Source of the DNA: an uncultured Bacilli bacterium
GTDB lineage: Bacteria; Bacillota_I; Bacilli_A; RF39; UBA660
Assembly: GCA_947588935.1 (NCBI GenBank)
Contig: CANQAU010000002.1
Span: 1 to 41,878 of the forward strand
DNA: 41,878 nt
Direction: 5' to 3'
Shown: positions 19,750 through 27,412 of the stretch, in pieces
Layout: every line of letters begins with the position of its first letter
Numbering within the stretch: position 1 is the stretch's first letter
Program-made: the position numbers and the translations under genes
Notes under the pieces: model-generated
Told to the model about the DNA's origin: nothing
The model's database searches: none
The model's input: the letters and a program-made list of their open reading frames with translations, nothing else

Positions 19750-20616
19750 TTATTTCCGGCGTTTGCCTTTCTTATTTTTTGGTTTATTTTCTGATTTTTC
19801 ATCGTTGGTTTTTAATTTTGGAAGTACGACGGTATCTGCAAAATCATTTTCCTTTTCTTTTGGTGCATCCACGGTTACTTTCGTTAATTTGCGATGCGTT
19901 GGAAGTGGATCTGGTTCTTCTGAACTTCGATCTAAGTTATAACGACGTTTTAATTCTTGACGAATGGCTTCTTTCTTTTTCTTTTCGCGATTGGCAACTT
20001 TGGCTTCGCTTTGTAAAGCCGTATTGACTTTTTTCTTTGCTCCTGTTAACCGGAAAATCTTTAAGATATCACTTAGAATGATAAACAAAGCCGGAACGAC
20101 TACTACGACTAACCAACCTGATGAAGTTGCTAAAAACTGTTGCAATTTTCCAAGTTGAGGAAGTTTTAAAATGACTTTTCCTTTAATATTTCGAAAAGGT
20201 ACTGTTGCTGTATCTGGTGTTGGGTTATTGTCTCCTTGCGTACGGTATTCGATGCCATTTTCGGTTTCAGCAATTCCGACCACCCGGTGAGTTACAATTA
20301 ATCCCTTGGAAATGGTACTGGTAGAAGTAAAGGTTATAATGTCGCCAATTTGAATATCTTCGGGTCGATTTACTTTGGCATTGACGATGACATCATATAC
20401 ATTTAAGTTTGGCGTCATACTTGGACTTACAATGGTATATAATCCAACGGCTGGAGAAAATTCTTCTCCTTTGCTTGCATAGATTTTATTCGCTACAAAA
20501 TAATATAATAAGAAACCGGCGATGAGTAAGAGAATGAGGAGTATTGTCCATGAAATAACATTTGCTATAAATTTAAAAATTTGCTTAAAACCATTATAGT
20601 TTTCGTGTTGTTTCAT
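19750..20616 (-). CDS. sipW: archaeal/ER-type signal peptidase I (SipW-like) with a long basic C-terminal extension
   Basis: SPSMTP (catalytic Ser box), IVTHRVVG (His box, Ser/His type rather than Ser/Lys) and QGDNN (box E). N-terminal and C-terminal TM helices are followed by approx 100 residues rich in K/R/E. SD AGGAAGGG. Confidence 0.8.
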   Translation of the reverse strand: MKQHENYNGFKQIFKFIANVISWTILLILLLIAGFLLYYFVANKIYASKGEEFSPAVGLYTIVSPSMTPNLNVYDVIVNAKVNRPEDIQIGDIITFTSTSTISKGLIVTHRVVGIAETENGIEYRTQGDNNPTPDTATVPFRNIKGKVILKLPQLGKLQQFLATSSGWLVVVVVPALFIILSDILKIFRLTGAKKKVNTALQSEAKVANREKKKKEAIRQELKRRYNLDRSSEEPDPLPTHRKLTKVTVDAPKEKENDFADTVVLPKLKTNDEKSENKPKNKKGKRRK

Positions 20617-20741
20617 AGCTACCCTTCCTATTCTATATTCTATATTTTATTATAATCGATGAAAGTAAAAAACTCAAGTTTAATCTTTTGAAGGAATGGT
20701 TTTTCGAACAAAAAAAGAAATGAATGGATGTTTTATTTCTT

Positions 20742-21122
20742 TTATTCTTTGTTTTTGGATAATCGCAAGATAAAATTGACGATTTTGATATAAATTTCAA
20801 TGATGGAGAATGATAAGGCAAAAGCACTTAACCATTCATATTTTTTTGGTAATTTTGCTTCGATACTGTAATTAATGACTTCAAAATCGACTAATAAAAA
20901 TAAAGAGGCAATGATGGCTTCTGCGGTATTGATGTTGTAGGTATCTACTGCAACCGTTTCGTTTGGTAACACTTTGGGTGTGAGGAAAAAGACGGTTACT
21001 CCGACTAGCGTTAATACAAGAAAGAATATGGTTTTCCCAATGATTCCACTTGCTGTACAAGCAGGATCCCCACTTTCTTCAACTTTATTGATTTTAGCAA
21101 TCATTGGATTTGCTAAAAACAA
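20742..21122 (-). CDS. hypothetical small membrane protein (weak call, TTG start)
   Basis: 126-aa ORF filling the gap between the Ca-repeat gene and sipW. It has two or three hydrophobic segments and a TTG start with a weak SD AGGAAAA. I recognise no family. Confidence 0.3.
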   Translation of the reverse strand: MFLANPMIAKINKVEESGDPACTASGIIGKTIFFLVLTLVGVTVFFLTPKVLPNETVAVDTYNINTAEAIIASLFLLVDFEVINYSIEAKLPKKYEWLSAFALSFSIIEIYIKIVNFILRLSKNKE

Positions 21123-21242
21123 CTCAAATTTTCCTAATTTTGAATTTACTACGCCATATAAACTCTACTCCTTTCTATTTTCATTAGAAAATTTTCTTTT
21201 AGTACCTGTCAACAATCCACAAAAAAAGAGCAATTTCTTGCT

Positions 21243-22844
21243 CTAATTTGCTGCTTCCACTTCAATTCTGGCCGTATAGTTTTTACCCATGTTGTAGTCT
21301 TGGTTTACTCCCGTTTCTAAGAAATCATATTGTAGTTCATAACTATAAGTCATTCCTGCTGGAATTAAGACATTTTTTAATAAGTATGTATCGGTTGTTG
21401 GTGCTGTATTTCTTCCTGTTAAAGTAATTCCATCTCTACGAATAGAATATACAAAATCACTTGGTGGATTGAAGGTATTACTTACTCCAGTTAATTTGAT
21501 GTTATAGAACAATGTTTGATTTGAACGGTTATTTACAGTAAAACGCATTGTTCCACTCCAACCTGGTTTTGCATCTTGAATATCAATTTTATTTAAATAT
21601 GAAACATATAGGATATTGTTATTTTGACTGGTAATGTCGATGCTTCCATCGCCTTCCGTTCCTAATGTACAATTTAATTCACATTTTCCATCATTATCGG
21701 TATCGACATTTTTATCTGGTTTACCATCATTATTGGTATCGACATTTAAATCTGGTTTTCCATCGCCGTTGGTATCCACATTTAAATCTGGGAAGCCATC
21801 ATTATTGGTATCACAGTTTAAATCACATACTCCATCTTTGTTGGTATCTTGATTCATTAAATTGTCATCTGGATTTTTATCTCCATCCGTATCTTTATTT
21901 ACGTCTGGTGTTCCATCTTTATCTACATCTAGGTCAATATTTGGTTTACCATCTTTATCGGTATCAACATTTAAATCTGGATTGCCATCGCCATCCATAT
22001 CGACATTGACATCTGGATGACCATCATCATTTGTATCACAGTTTAAGTCACATACTCCATCATTGTCGGTATCTTGATCCATTAAATTATGATCTGGTGT
22101 TCCATCGCCGTCGTTATCTTGATTGAAATGAGATTTATTATCGCCACCGTAATCAACATTTTTATCTGGTTTGCCATCATTATTGGTATCCACATTGACA
22201 TCTGGTGTTCCATCGCCATCGGTATCCACATTTAAATCCGGTTTGCCATCGCCGTCGGTATCGATGTTGGTATCTGCTTTTCCATCCCCATTGTTGTCAA
22301 TATTTAAATCTGGTTTGCCATCCCCATCGATATCGATGTTGGTATCTGGATAACCATCTTTGTTGGTATCACAATTGACATCACAAACTCCATCGCTATT
22401 ATTATCTTGATTCATGTGGTTAAAATCTGGTTTTTTATCATAATTGGTATCGATGCCAAAATGAGGAATTCGATCATGATTATAATCGATGTTGTAATCT
22501 GGTTTACCATCCCCATCACTATCACAATTGACATCACAAATGTTATCTCCATCTAAATCAATATTTAAATCGGTTTCACCATTTCCATCCGTATCACAGT
22601 TTAAATCGCATTTTCCGTCGCCATTGAAATCACAATTCAGTCCACATGTTTTTCCGCCTTCAATTGCTCCACCATAAAGGCGAATATAAGAATATGTGGC
22701 TCCAATCATTGCTAAAAATAAGATTAATAAGCATAGCAAGATAATTATAAAGGTTTTCTTCTTGGCTTGTTCTTGCTCTTCTGCTAAAAGCTCTTGATAT
22801 TGCTCTTCGAAATCGATATTTTCTACTGGCTTATTCTCTTTCAT
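21243..22844 (-). CDS. secreted Asp-rich Ca-binding repeat protein (thrombospondin type 3-like repeats) with a TasA-like C-terminal domain
   Basis: 533 aa. Signal/anchor FIIILLCLLILFLAMIGATYSYIRLY, then about 26 units of approx 12 aa (LNVDTDGDGKPD), some carrying CDxNCD. The last approx 125 aa form a beta-rich domain ending MGKNYTARIEVEAAN. SD AAGAAGGA. Confidence 0.8.
   Translation of the reverse strand: MKENKPVENIDFEEQYQELLAEEQEQAKKKTFIIILLCLLILFLAMIGATYSYIRLYGGAIEGGKTCGLNCDFNGDGKCDLNCDTDGNGETDLNIDLDGDNICDVNCDSDGDGKPDYNIDYNHDRIPHFGIDTNYDKKPDFNHMNQDNNSDGVCDVNCDTNKDGYPDTNIDIDGDGKPDLNIDNNGDGKADTNIDTDGDGKPDLNVDTDGDGTPDVNVDTNNDGKPDKNVDYGGDNKSHFNQDNDGDGTPDHNLMDQDTDNDGVCDLNCDTNDDGHPDVNVDMDGDGNPDLNVDTDKDGKPNIDLDVDKDGTPDVNKDTDGDKNPDDNLMNQDTNKDGVCDLNCDTNNDGFPDLNVDTNGDGKPDLNVDTNNDGKPDKNVDTDNDGKCELNCTLGTEGDGSIDITSQNNNILYVSYLNKIDIQDAKPGWSGTMRFTVNNRSNQTLFYNIKLTGVSNTFNPPSDFVYSIRRDGITLTGRNTAPTTDTYLLKNVLIPAGMTYSYELQYDFLETGVNQDYNMGKNYTARIEVEAAN
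21645..22649 (-). repeat. in-frame tandem 36-nt (12-codon) repeat array encoding DxDxDGxxD units, arranged in three approx 90-100-aa super-repeats
   Basis: Recurrent gatggtaaaccagat / gacggcgatggcaaaccggat-type units occur on the minus strand. Three blocks each start with N(H/L)M(N/D)QD..DGVCD(V/L)NCDTN.DG.PD. Confidence 0.85.
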
Positions 22845-22908
22845 AATTGTCCTTCTTTCGCTAACCTATTCTACGTATGATTATAGCATATTTCTTTTCT
22901 TTTTAGCA

Positions 22909-22938
22909 ACAAAAAAAATCTATTTCAAAAATAGATTT
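22909..22938 (-). terminator. intrinsic terminator after paralog 4
   Basis: Stem aaatctattt (22916-22925) / aaatagattt (22929-22938). A T-run follows on the minus strand (A-run 22911-22915 on plus). Confidence 0.6.
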
Positions 22939-22951
22939 CTTACTTTGATTT

Positions 22952-23638
22952 TTATACTGCTAACATTGCTGATATTTTTCCGGTTAATTTTTTACCAAAA
23001 TCATCATTTTGGTCGTTTCCTTTTTCAACATATTCAGCAACAATATAATAATACTTTTCCACCGTGGTTTGATTTGCCGTAATATGAATTACATCATCAT
23101 TTAAAATGGCTGTCGTATCATTTCCTTTTAATTTGGTTGTACCAATTAATTTTCCCAAACTAGATTCTTTTGAATCACAGGATTCTTTGTAATGCACAGT
23201 TCCGACACCATTTCCTGTTTCTTCTTTTTTACAATTGAAGAATCCAGCAGTGGCACTCACATCCGTATCGGATTCATATAATGTTAATTTGATGGCATCA
23301 TCTTCAAAAGCATTGGTTCCATCCCATTTGATGTTGATACTAGATGTTGCAACTTGACTGTTTTGTTGAGCATTTACGGTTATTTTTAATGCAGCGACTT
23401 CTTTATGACCCGGATAAACATCGTCTGCTTCAAACGAACCGGCTGATTTGGATGCGACACCCACAATGGTCGTACTTGCTACGTTACTTGCAGTAATACT
23501 TGTTGAACCATTGTTTCCTCCACTACCACGCTCATCTCTAATGGTTGCAGTAAAGTATGCAAACGTTGCACCTAACACTGAAATTAAAAGTGTTGCTATG
23601 GCAATTACGGTTAATATGATTGAGTTTTTTCTTTCCAT
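22952..23638 (-). CDS. secreted TasA-like paralog 4 (228 aa)
   Basis: MERKNSIILTVIAIATLLISVLGATFAYFTATI. Motifs DVYPGHKEVAAL, a Cys pair (FNCKKEE...YKESC), YYYIVAEY, and C-terminal QNDDFGKKLTGKISAMLAV. SD AAAGGAGA. Confidence 0.75.
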   Translation of the reverse strand: MERKNSIILTVIAIATLLISVLGATFAYFTATIRDERGSGGNNGSTSITASNVASTTIVGVASKSAGSFEADDVYPGHKEVAALKITVNAQQNSQVATSSINIKWDGTNAFEDDAIKLTLYESDTDVSATAGFFNCKKEETGNGVGTVHYKESCDSKESSLGKLIGTTKLKGNDTTAILNDDVIHITANQTTVEKYYYIVAEYVEKGNDQNDDFGKKLTGKISAMLAV

Positions 23639-23728
23639 GTTTATTCTCCTTTATTCTGTTTTTATGTTAGCAAAAAATGTTTTATCCTGCAATATTCTAA
23701 ACTGTCAATTGACATTATTTAACAACAT

Positions 23729-23760
23729 AAAAAAACCTATTATGGAAAATATAGGTTTTT
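23729..23760 (-). terminator. intrinsic terminator after paralog 3 (copy of the element at 24631)
   Basis: aacctat (23734-23740) / ataggtt (23751-23757). A T-run follows on the minus strand. Confidence 0.6.
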
Positions 23761-23831
23761 CATTATAAGGATACAGAATTTTTTTTATTTTTTATTTTAT
23801 TTTTTATTTTTTTAATAAGAGCGTAATCTTA

Positions 23832-24539
23832 TTAAGCAGCTAATTCTACAGAAATTTTACCTTCGAGTGTTTTACTAAAATCAGCATTTTGAGTTGAAGA
23901 TTTATTGATGTATTCTACTACAACATAGTAATAAACTGTTTTTCCAGTAGCACTACCAGTAATTTCTTGCCCTGTAAATTCAACTTTTTCGCCACTTAAA
24001 AGTTTTGTTTCTACAAGTGTTGCACCAGATGTTATTAATTTATTTGCAGAAGCACTCGTCCAATCATTACATTTATCAATGTAATGAATTTCTGTTTCTG
24101 TTGAACCTACATCATCAATGGCATGATTACAAGTAAAGTAATTATCTGTTGTTGCTATTGGAGTATCTTCTTCTGGTTCATATTTGTATAAATGAATATT
24201 GAAACTTTCTGCTGAATATTCATTTTTGGTTGCTTTATAAATAATATTAAATTTACTTATAGCATTTTCCGTAGATGTTGCTTGTACCGATAGTGCTGCA
24301 ACTTCAACATGTCCTGGATAGGCATCATCTTCACTAATATTCGCAGCAGCAGTTTCTACGTTTGCAATTATCGTATTACTTGCTACAGAACCAGCTGTTA
24401 CATTTGTTTTACCTTGATCTTCACCATATTTCTCCGTATTGATTGTTGCAGTGAAGTATGCAAATGTTGCTCCCACTACAGCGACAAGTAGGGTTGCAAT
24501 GGCAATTACTGTTAACAAGATTGTGTTCTTTCTTTCCAT
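23832..24539 (-). CDS. secreted TasA-like paralog 3 (235 aa)
   Basis: MERKNTILLTVIAIATLLVAVVGATFAYFTATI. Motifs DAYPGHVEVAAL, a Cys pair (FTCNHA...YIDKC), YYYVVVEY, and C-terminal QNADFSKTLEGKISVELAA. SD AAAGGAGG. Confidence 0.75.
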   Translation of the reverse strand: MERKNTILLTVIAIATLLVAVVGATFAYFTATINTEKYGEDQGKTNVTAGSVASNTIIANVETAAANISEDDAYPGHVEVAALSVQATSTENAISKFNIIYKATKNEYSAESFNIHLYKYEPEEDTPIATTDNYFTCNHAIDDVGSTETEIHYIDKCNDWTSASANKLITSGATLVETKLLSGEKVEFTGQEITGSATGKTVYYYVVVEYINKSSTQNADFSKTLEGKISVELAA

Positions 24540-24630
24540 CCTTTTCTTACCTCCTTTACTATAAAAATGGTAGCATAGTGTGTTTATAAAAAAGGGCTTG
24601 TTAGTGTTGAAAAACCATTTTTTTGAAAAG

Positions 24631-24660
24631 AAAAAACCTATTATGGAAAAAATAGGTTTT
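24631..24660 (-). terminator. intrinsic terminator after paralog 2
   Basis: aacctatt / aataggtt hairpin. A T-run follows on the minus strand. Confidence 0.6.
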
Positions 24661-24712
24661 CATTATAAGGATACAGAATTTTTTTATTTTTTTAATAAGA
24701 TTACGCTCTTAT

Positions 24713-25435
24713 TTAAGCGGCAAGTTTCACACTTACTTTACCTTTAAGTTCTTTGCTTTGACCTGTTGATGTTTGATTGCCATTATTTTTATATTCTACT
24801 ACAACATAAAAATAATAATCTTTGCCTTCTTCACTACCAGCTAATGTACCATCATAGATTATTTGATCTGTGATTTGTCCAGTTGTTAGTGGAGTTGTTG
24901 TTGGTTTTGAATCACCAAAAGTTGTTGTTTCTTCTTCTGCTGAACAAGTTTCAGAATATTGAATTTTTTGAGTATTTTCTTCTCCACCAGTGCTAGTTAC
25001 TTGCTTTTTGCATTTGAAGAAACCAACTTCGTCATCTTGATTTCCTGAAGCATCTATGGAAACCAAAGTTTCATCCTTTTTATAAACTCTTACTTCAACA
25101 TCACTTGTTGGGAATCCATTTGTTCCATTCCATACAATTTGAATATGACTTGATGCACTTGTTTCTGATGTTACTTTAACGGCTAAAGCTGCAACTTCTT
25201 TATGTCCTGGATAAACATCTGCTACGGTAAATTTACCTGCATTTTCTTCAACGTTACTAACAACAACAGTTTCAGCTACAGAACCAGATGAAATATTGGT
25301 TTGGCCTTTATCTTCGGTACCATCACGATTATCCGTGATTGTTGCAGTGAAGTATGCAAATGTTGCTCCCACTACAGCGACAAGTAGGGTTGCAATGGCA
25401 ATTACTGTCAACAAAATTGTATTCTTTCTTTCCAT
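24713..25435 (-). CDS. secreted TasA-like paralog 2 (240 aa)
   Basis: Same 33-aa N-terminus as paralogs 1 and 3. Motifs DVYPGHKEVAAL, a Cys pair (FKCKKQ...YSETC), YYFYVVVEY, and C-terminal KELKGKVSVKLAA. SD AAAGGAGG. Confidence 0.75.
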   Translation of the reverse strand: MERKNTILLTVIAIATLLVAVVGATFAYFTATITDNRDGTEDKGQTNISSGSVAETVVVSNVEENAGKFTVADVYPGHKEVAALAVKVTSETSASSHIQIVWNGTNGFPTSDVEVRVYKKDETLVSIDASGNQDDEVGFFKCKKQVTSTGGEENTQKIQYSETCSAEEETTTFGDSKPTTTPLTTGQITDQIIYDGTLAGSEEGKDYYFYVVVEYKNNGNQTSTGQSKELKGKVSVKLAA

Positions 25436-25537
25436 CTTCTTTCTTACCTCCTTTACTATAAAAATGGTAGCACAGTGACTCTCTAAAAGAGGTATAGTTA
25501 GTGTTAAAAATCCGTTTTTTTAATCATTTTTTGACAA

Positions 25538-25569
25538 CAAAAAAATCTATCTTTCGATAGATCTTTTTT
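25538..25569. terminator. hairpin terminator after paralog 1 (A-run and T-run on both sides)
   Basis: atctatc (25545-25551) - tttc - gatagat (25556-25562), flanked by aaaaaaa and tttttt. Confidence 0.55.
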
Positions 25570-25600
25570 CATTGGTTTAATAAGAATACAAAAATTCTTA

Positions 25601-26287
25601 TTAAGCAGCAAGTTCAACTGAAACTTTACCTTCTAGTGATTGACCCATTTCAGCATTTTGTTCGTCATCATTTGTGTATTCAACTACTATATAATAGTAA
25701 GCAGTTTTTCCAGGGTCTTCAGCTCCAGTAATGGTATCAGAAGCTAAAACTACTTCTTCTGCATTACCTTTTAAGGTTGTAGTTGTTCCAACTTGAGAAG
25801 CTCCAGTTAAGTTGTTTGTAGTAGCATTTGTCCAACCTGAACAAGTTTCAGAATATTGAACAGTTTCTGTACCAGTAACTTGCTTGTCACATGAAAATTG
25901 TGTTGCTGTTGTTGTAATTGGTGTGTCGCTTTTCATAACGTAAACTTTTACATGTGTTCCAAGATTGTTCGTCGTTACATTATACTTAATGTTAATCTTT
26001 ACAGGTGCATTCGTATCTGATTTCGCTGTTACAGATAATGCTGCAACTTCAACGTGTCCTGGATAAACATCAGTTGCGGTAAATTTACCAGCAGCGTTAT
26101 CTACGTTAGCAACGATCGTTTCACTTGCTACAGATCCAGCTGTTACTTTTGTTTCACCTTGTCCGCTGCCAGCTGTACGATCATCTTGAATTGTTGCTGT
26201 AAAGTATGCAAATGTTGCTCCTACAACTGCTACCAATAATGTTGCAATGGCAATCACTGTCAACAAAATTGTGTTTTTTCTTTCCAT
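25601..26287 (-). CDS. secreted TasA-like paralog 1 (228 aa)
   Basis: Same N-terminal peptide as paralogs 2 and 3, but encoded with many synonymous differences. Motifs DVYPGHVEVAAL, a Cys pair (FSCDKQ...YSETC), YYYIVVEY, and C-terminal QNAEMGQSLEGKVSVELAA. SD AAGGAGG. Confidence 0.75.
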   Translation of the reverse strand: MERKNTILLTVIAIATLLVAVVGATFAYFTATIQDDRTAGSGQGETKVTAGSVASETIVANVDNAAGKFTATDVYPGHVEVAALSVTAKSDTNAPVKINIKYNVTTNNLGTHVKVYVMKSDTPITTTATQFSCDKQVTGTETVQYSETCSGWTNATTNNLTGASQVGTTTTLKGNAEEVVLASDTITGAEDPGKTAYYYIVVEYTNDDEQNAEMGQSLEGKVSVELAA

Positions 26288-26317
26288 AATCCTTTCTGTA
26301 TCCTCCTTACAATAATC

Positions 26318-26346
26318 ATATTAACAAAAATTTTTTTAGAGTTCAA
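26318..26346 (-). promoter_or_regulatory. candidate sigma-A promoter of paralog 1
   Basis: Minus strand reads TTGAAC (26341-26346), a 17-nt spacer, TAATAT (26318-26323), then about 30 nt to the ATG. Confidence 0.55.
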
Positions 26347-26398
26347 CACTTTTTTGGGCGAAAATTCACAATTTAGACACATTTTTTATTTTTCTTGT

Positions 26399-27412
26399 TT
26401 ATTTTACGATTAAATTTGGCAATCCAAAGTAAATTTCTTTTTCTTGATTTTTGATGATGATGGCGTAATCTTCATAAATATAGTATTTTGATTGACCTTC
26501 TTGTGAAAGAAAACTGACAATTTGATTTTCTTCCTCGTCTTTTTCAATACTTGATATTATTTGGTCAATGGTTATTTTTTTATTTAATAAAGCTTCTTTT
26601 AAGGTATAACTTTTCTTTTCGATATTAATCCATAAGTCTCCATAAGCATAGATATTGAATGATTTTTCATCCTTTTCTTCTCTGGTGTAAATGGTTTGTA
26701 ATTCATTGGTGTTTTTATATTGAATTTGAAAATTTTTTTCCTTTCTTTCTTTTGGTTGATAATCGGATATGGAAATTCGTTTTCCATTTTTGGCCATGAG
26801 TGATATCCCATTTTCTACAGATATATCTAGTGAATATGTTTTTGCCGAATATTCTTTTCTTATCATTTTTTGAGATGCCAGTTCATCTCTTTTGGAATCT
26901 ATTTTTACAATAAATAATTCATTTTCATAGGAAAGACTAATCAAGATTGGTTGTCCTTCTGTATTCGTTTTCATCAGACGAATTTCATCTTTTTTTTGCT
27001 TGGTAATATTTTCTTTGAACTCTTTTAAAATGTATTCATTATAGGAAATTTCTTCGATGAGAACATAGTAATCTTTGGTGATAGCATCTCGATAAGAAAA
27101 TTCAAGTGGTTCTTCTTCCAATGCATTTAAATATCTTGTTTCTTCTTTTTGTTCTTCTTTTAATGTTTCATCATATTTTAAATTCAAAAAGCCGATATGA
27201 GATTTATGATATCCATTTAATTTATTATACGAAATGACTTTATACCCTAAACATAGATATTCCACGGTACCACCATCGCGATATACTTTTTCGGTGATAC
27301 AAAAAACTGGAGCATGATTACGCTTCACTTGAGTATAATCAATTATAAAAATGACGATCCATGAACAGATGATGAATAAAGTGATCATGGTTCCTTTTTT
27401 CCAATTTTTCAT
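26399..27412 (-). CDS. hypothetical N-terminally anchored protein
   Basis: 337-aa ORF. N-terminal helix TMITLFIICSWIVIFII followed by APVFCITEKVYRDGGTVEYLCLGYKVISY. I do not recognise the family and the SD is weak. Confidence 0.5.
   Translation of the reverse strand: MKNWKKGTMITLFIICSWIVIFIIDYTQVKRNHAPVFCITEKVYRDGGTVEYLCLGYKVISYNKLNGYHKSHIGFLNLKYDETLKEEQKEETRYLNALEEEPLEFSYRDAITKDYYVLIEEISYNEYILKEFKENITKQKKDEIRLMKTNTEGQPILISLSYENELFIVKIDSKRDELASQKMIRKEYSAKTYSLDISVENGISLMAKNGKRISISDYQPKERKEKNFQIQYKNTNELQTIYTREEKDEKSFNIYAYGDLWINIEKKSYTLKEALLNKKITIDQIISSIEKDEEENQIVSFLSQEGQSKYYIYEDYAIIIKNQEKEIYFGLPNLIVK

Noticed and set aside
21634-22353. Plus-strand ORFs 21634..21852, 21665..22009 and 22171..22353, with repetitive Ser/Pro/Leu or His/Tyr/Leu sequences
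   Set aside because: They are antisense artefacts of the 36-nt Asp/Gly codon repeat in the minus-strand Ca-repeat gene. They lack SDs and have low-complexity translations.
23703-23714. Perfect 12-nt palindrome tgtcaattgaca overlapping a TTGACA -35-like hexamer upstream of paralog 4, a possible operator
   Set aside because: A single short palindrome in AT-rich DNA, with no second copy upstream of the other paralogs. I note it but it is insufficient to call a regulatory site.
23779-23813. T-rich ttttta-type tandem tract that looks like a repeat array
   Set aside because: It is a simple AT microsatellite in a 3' flank. It has no spacers or repeat units of CRISPR size, and no cas genes are present in the window.
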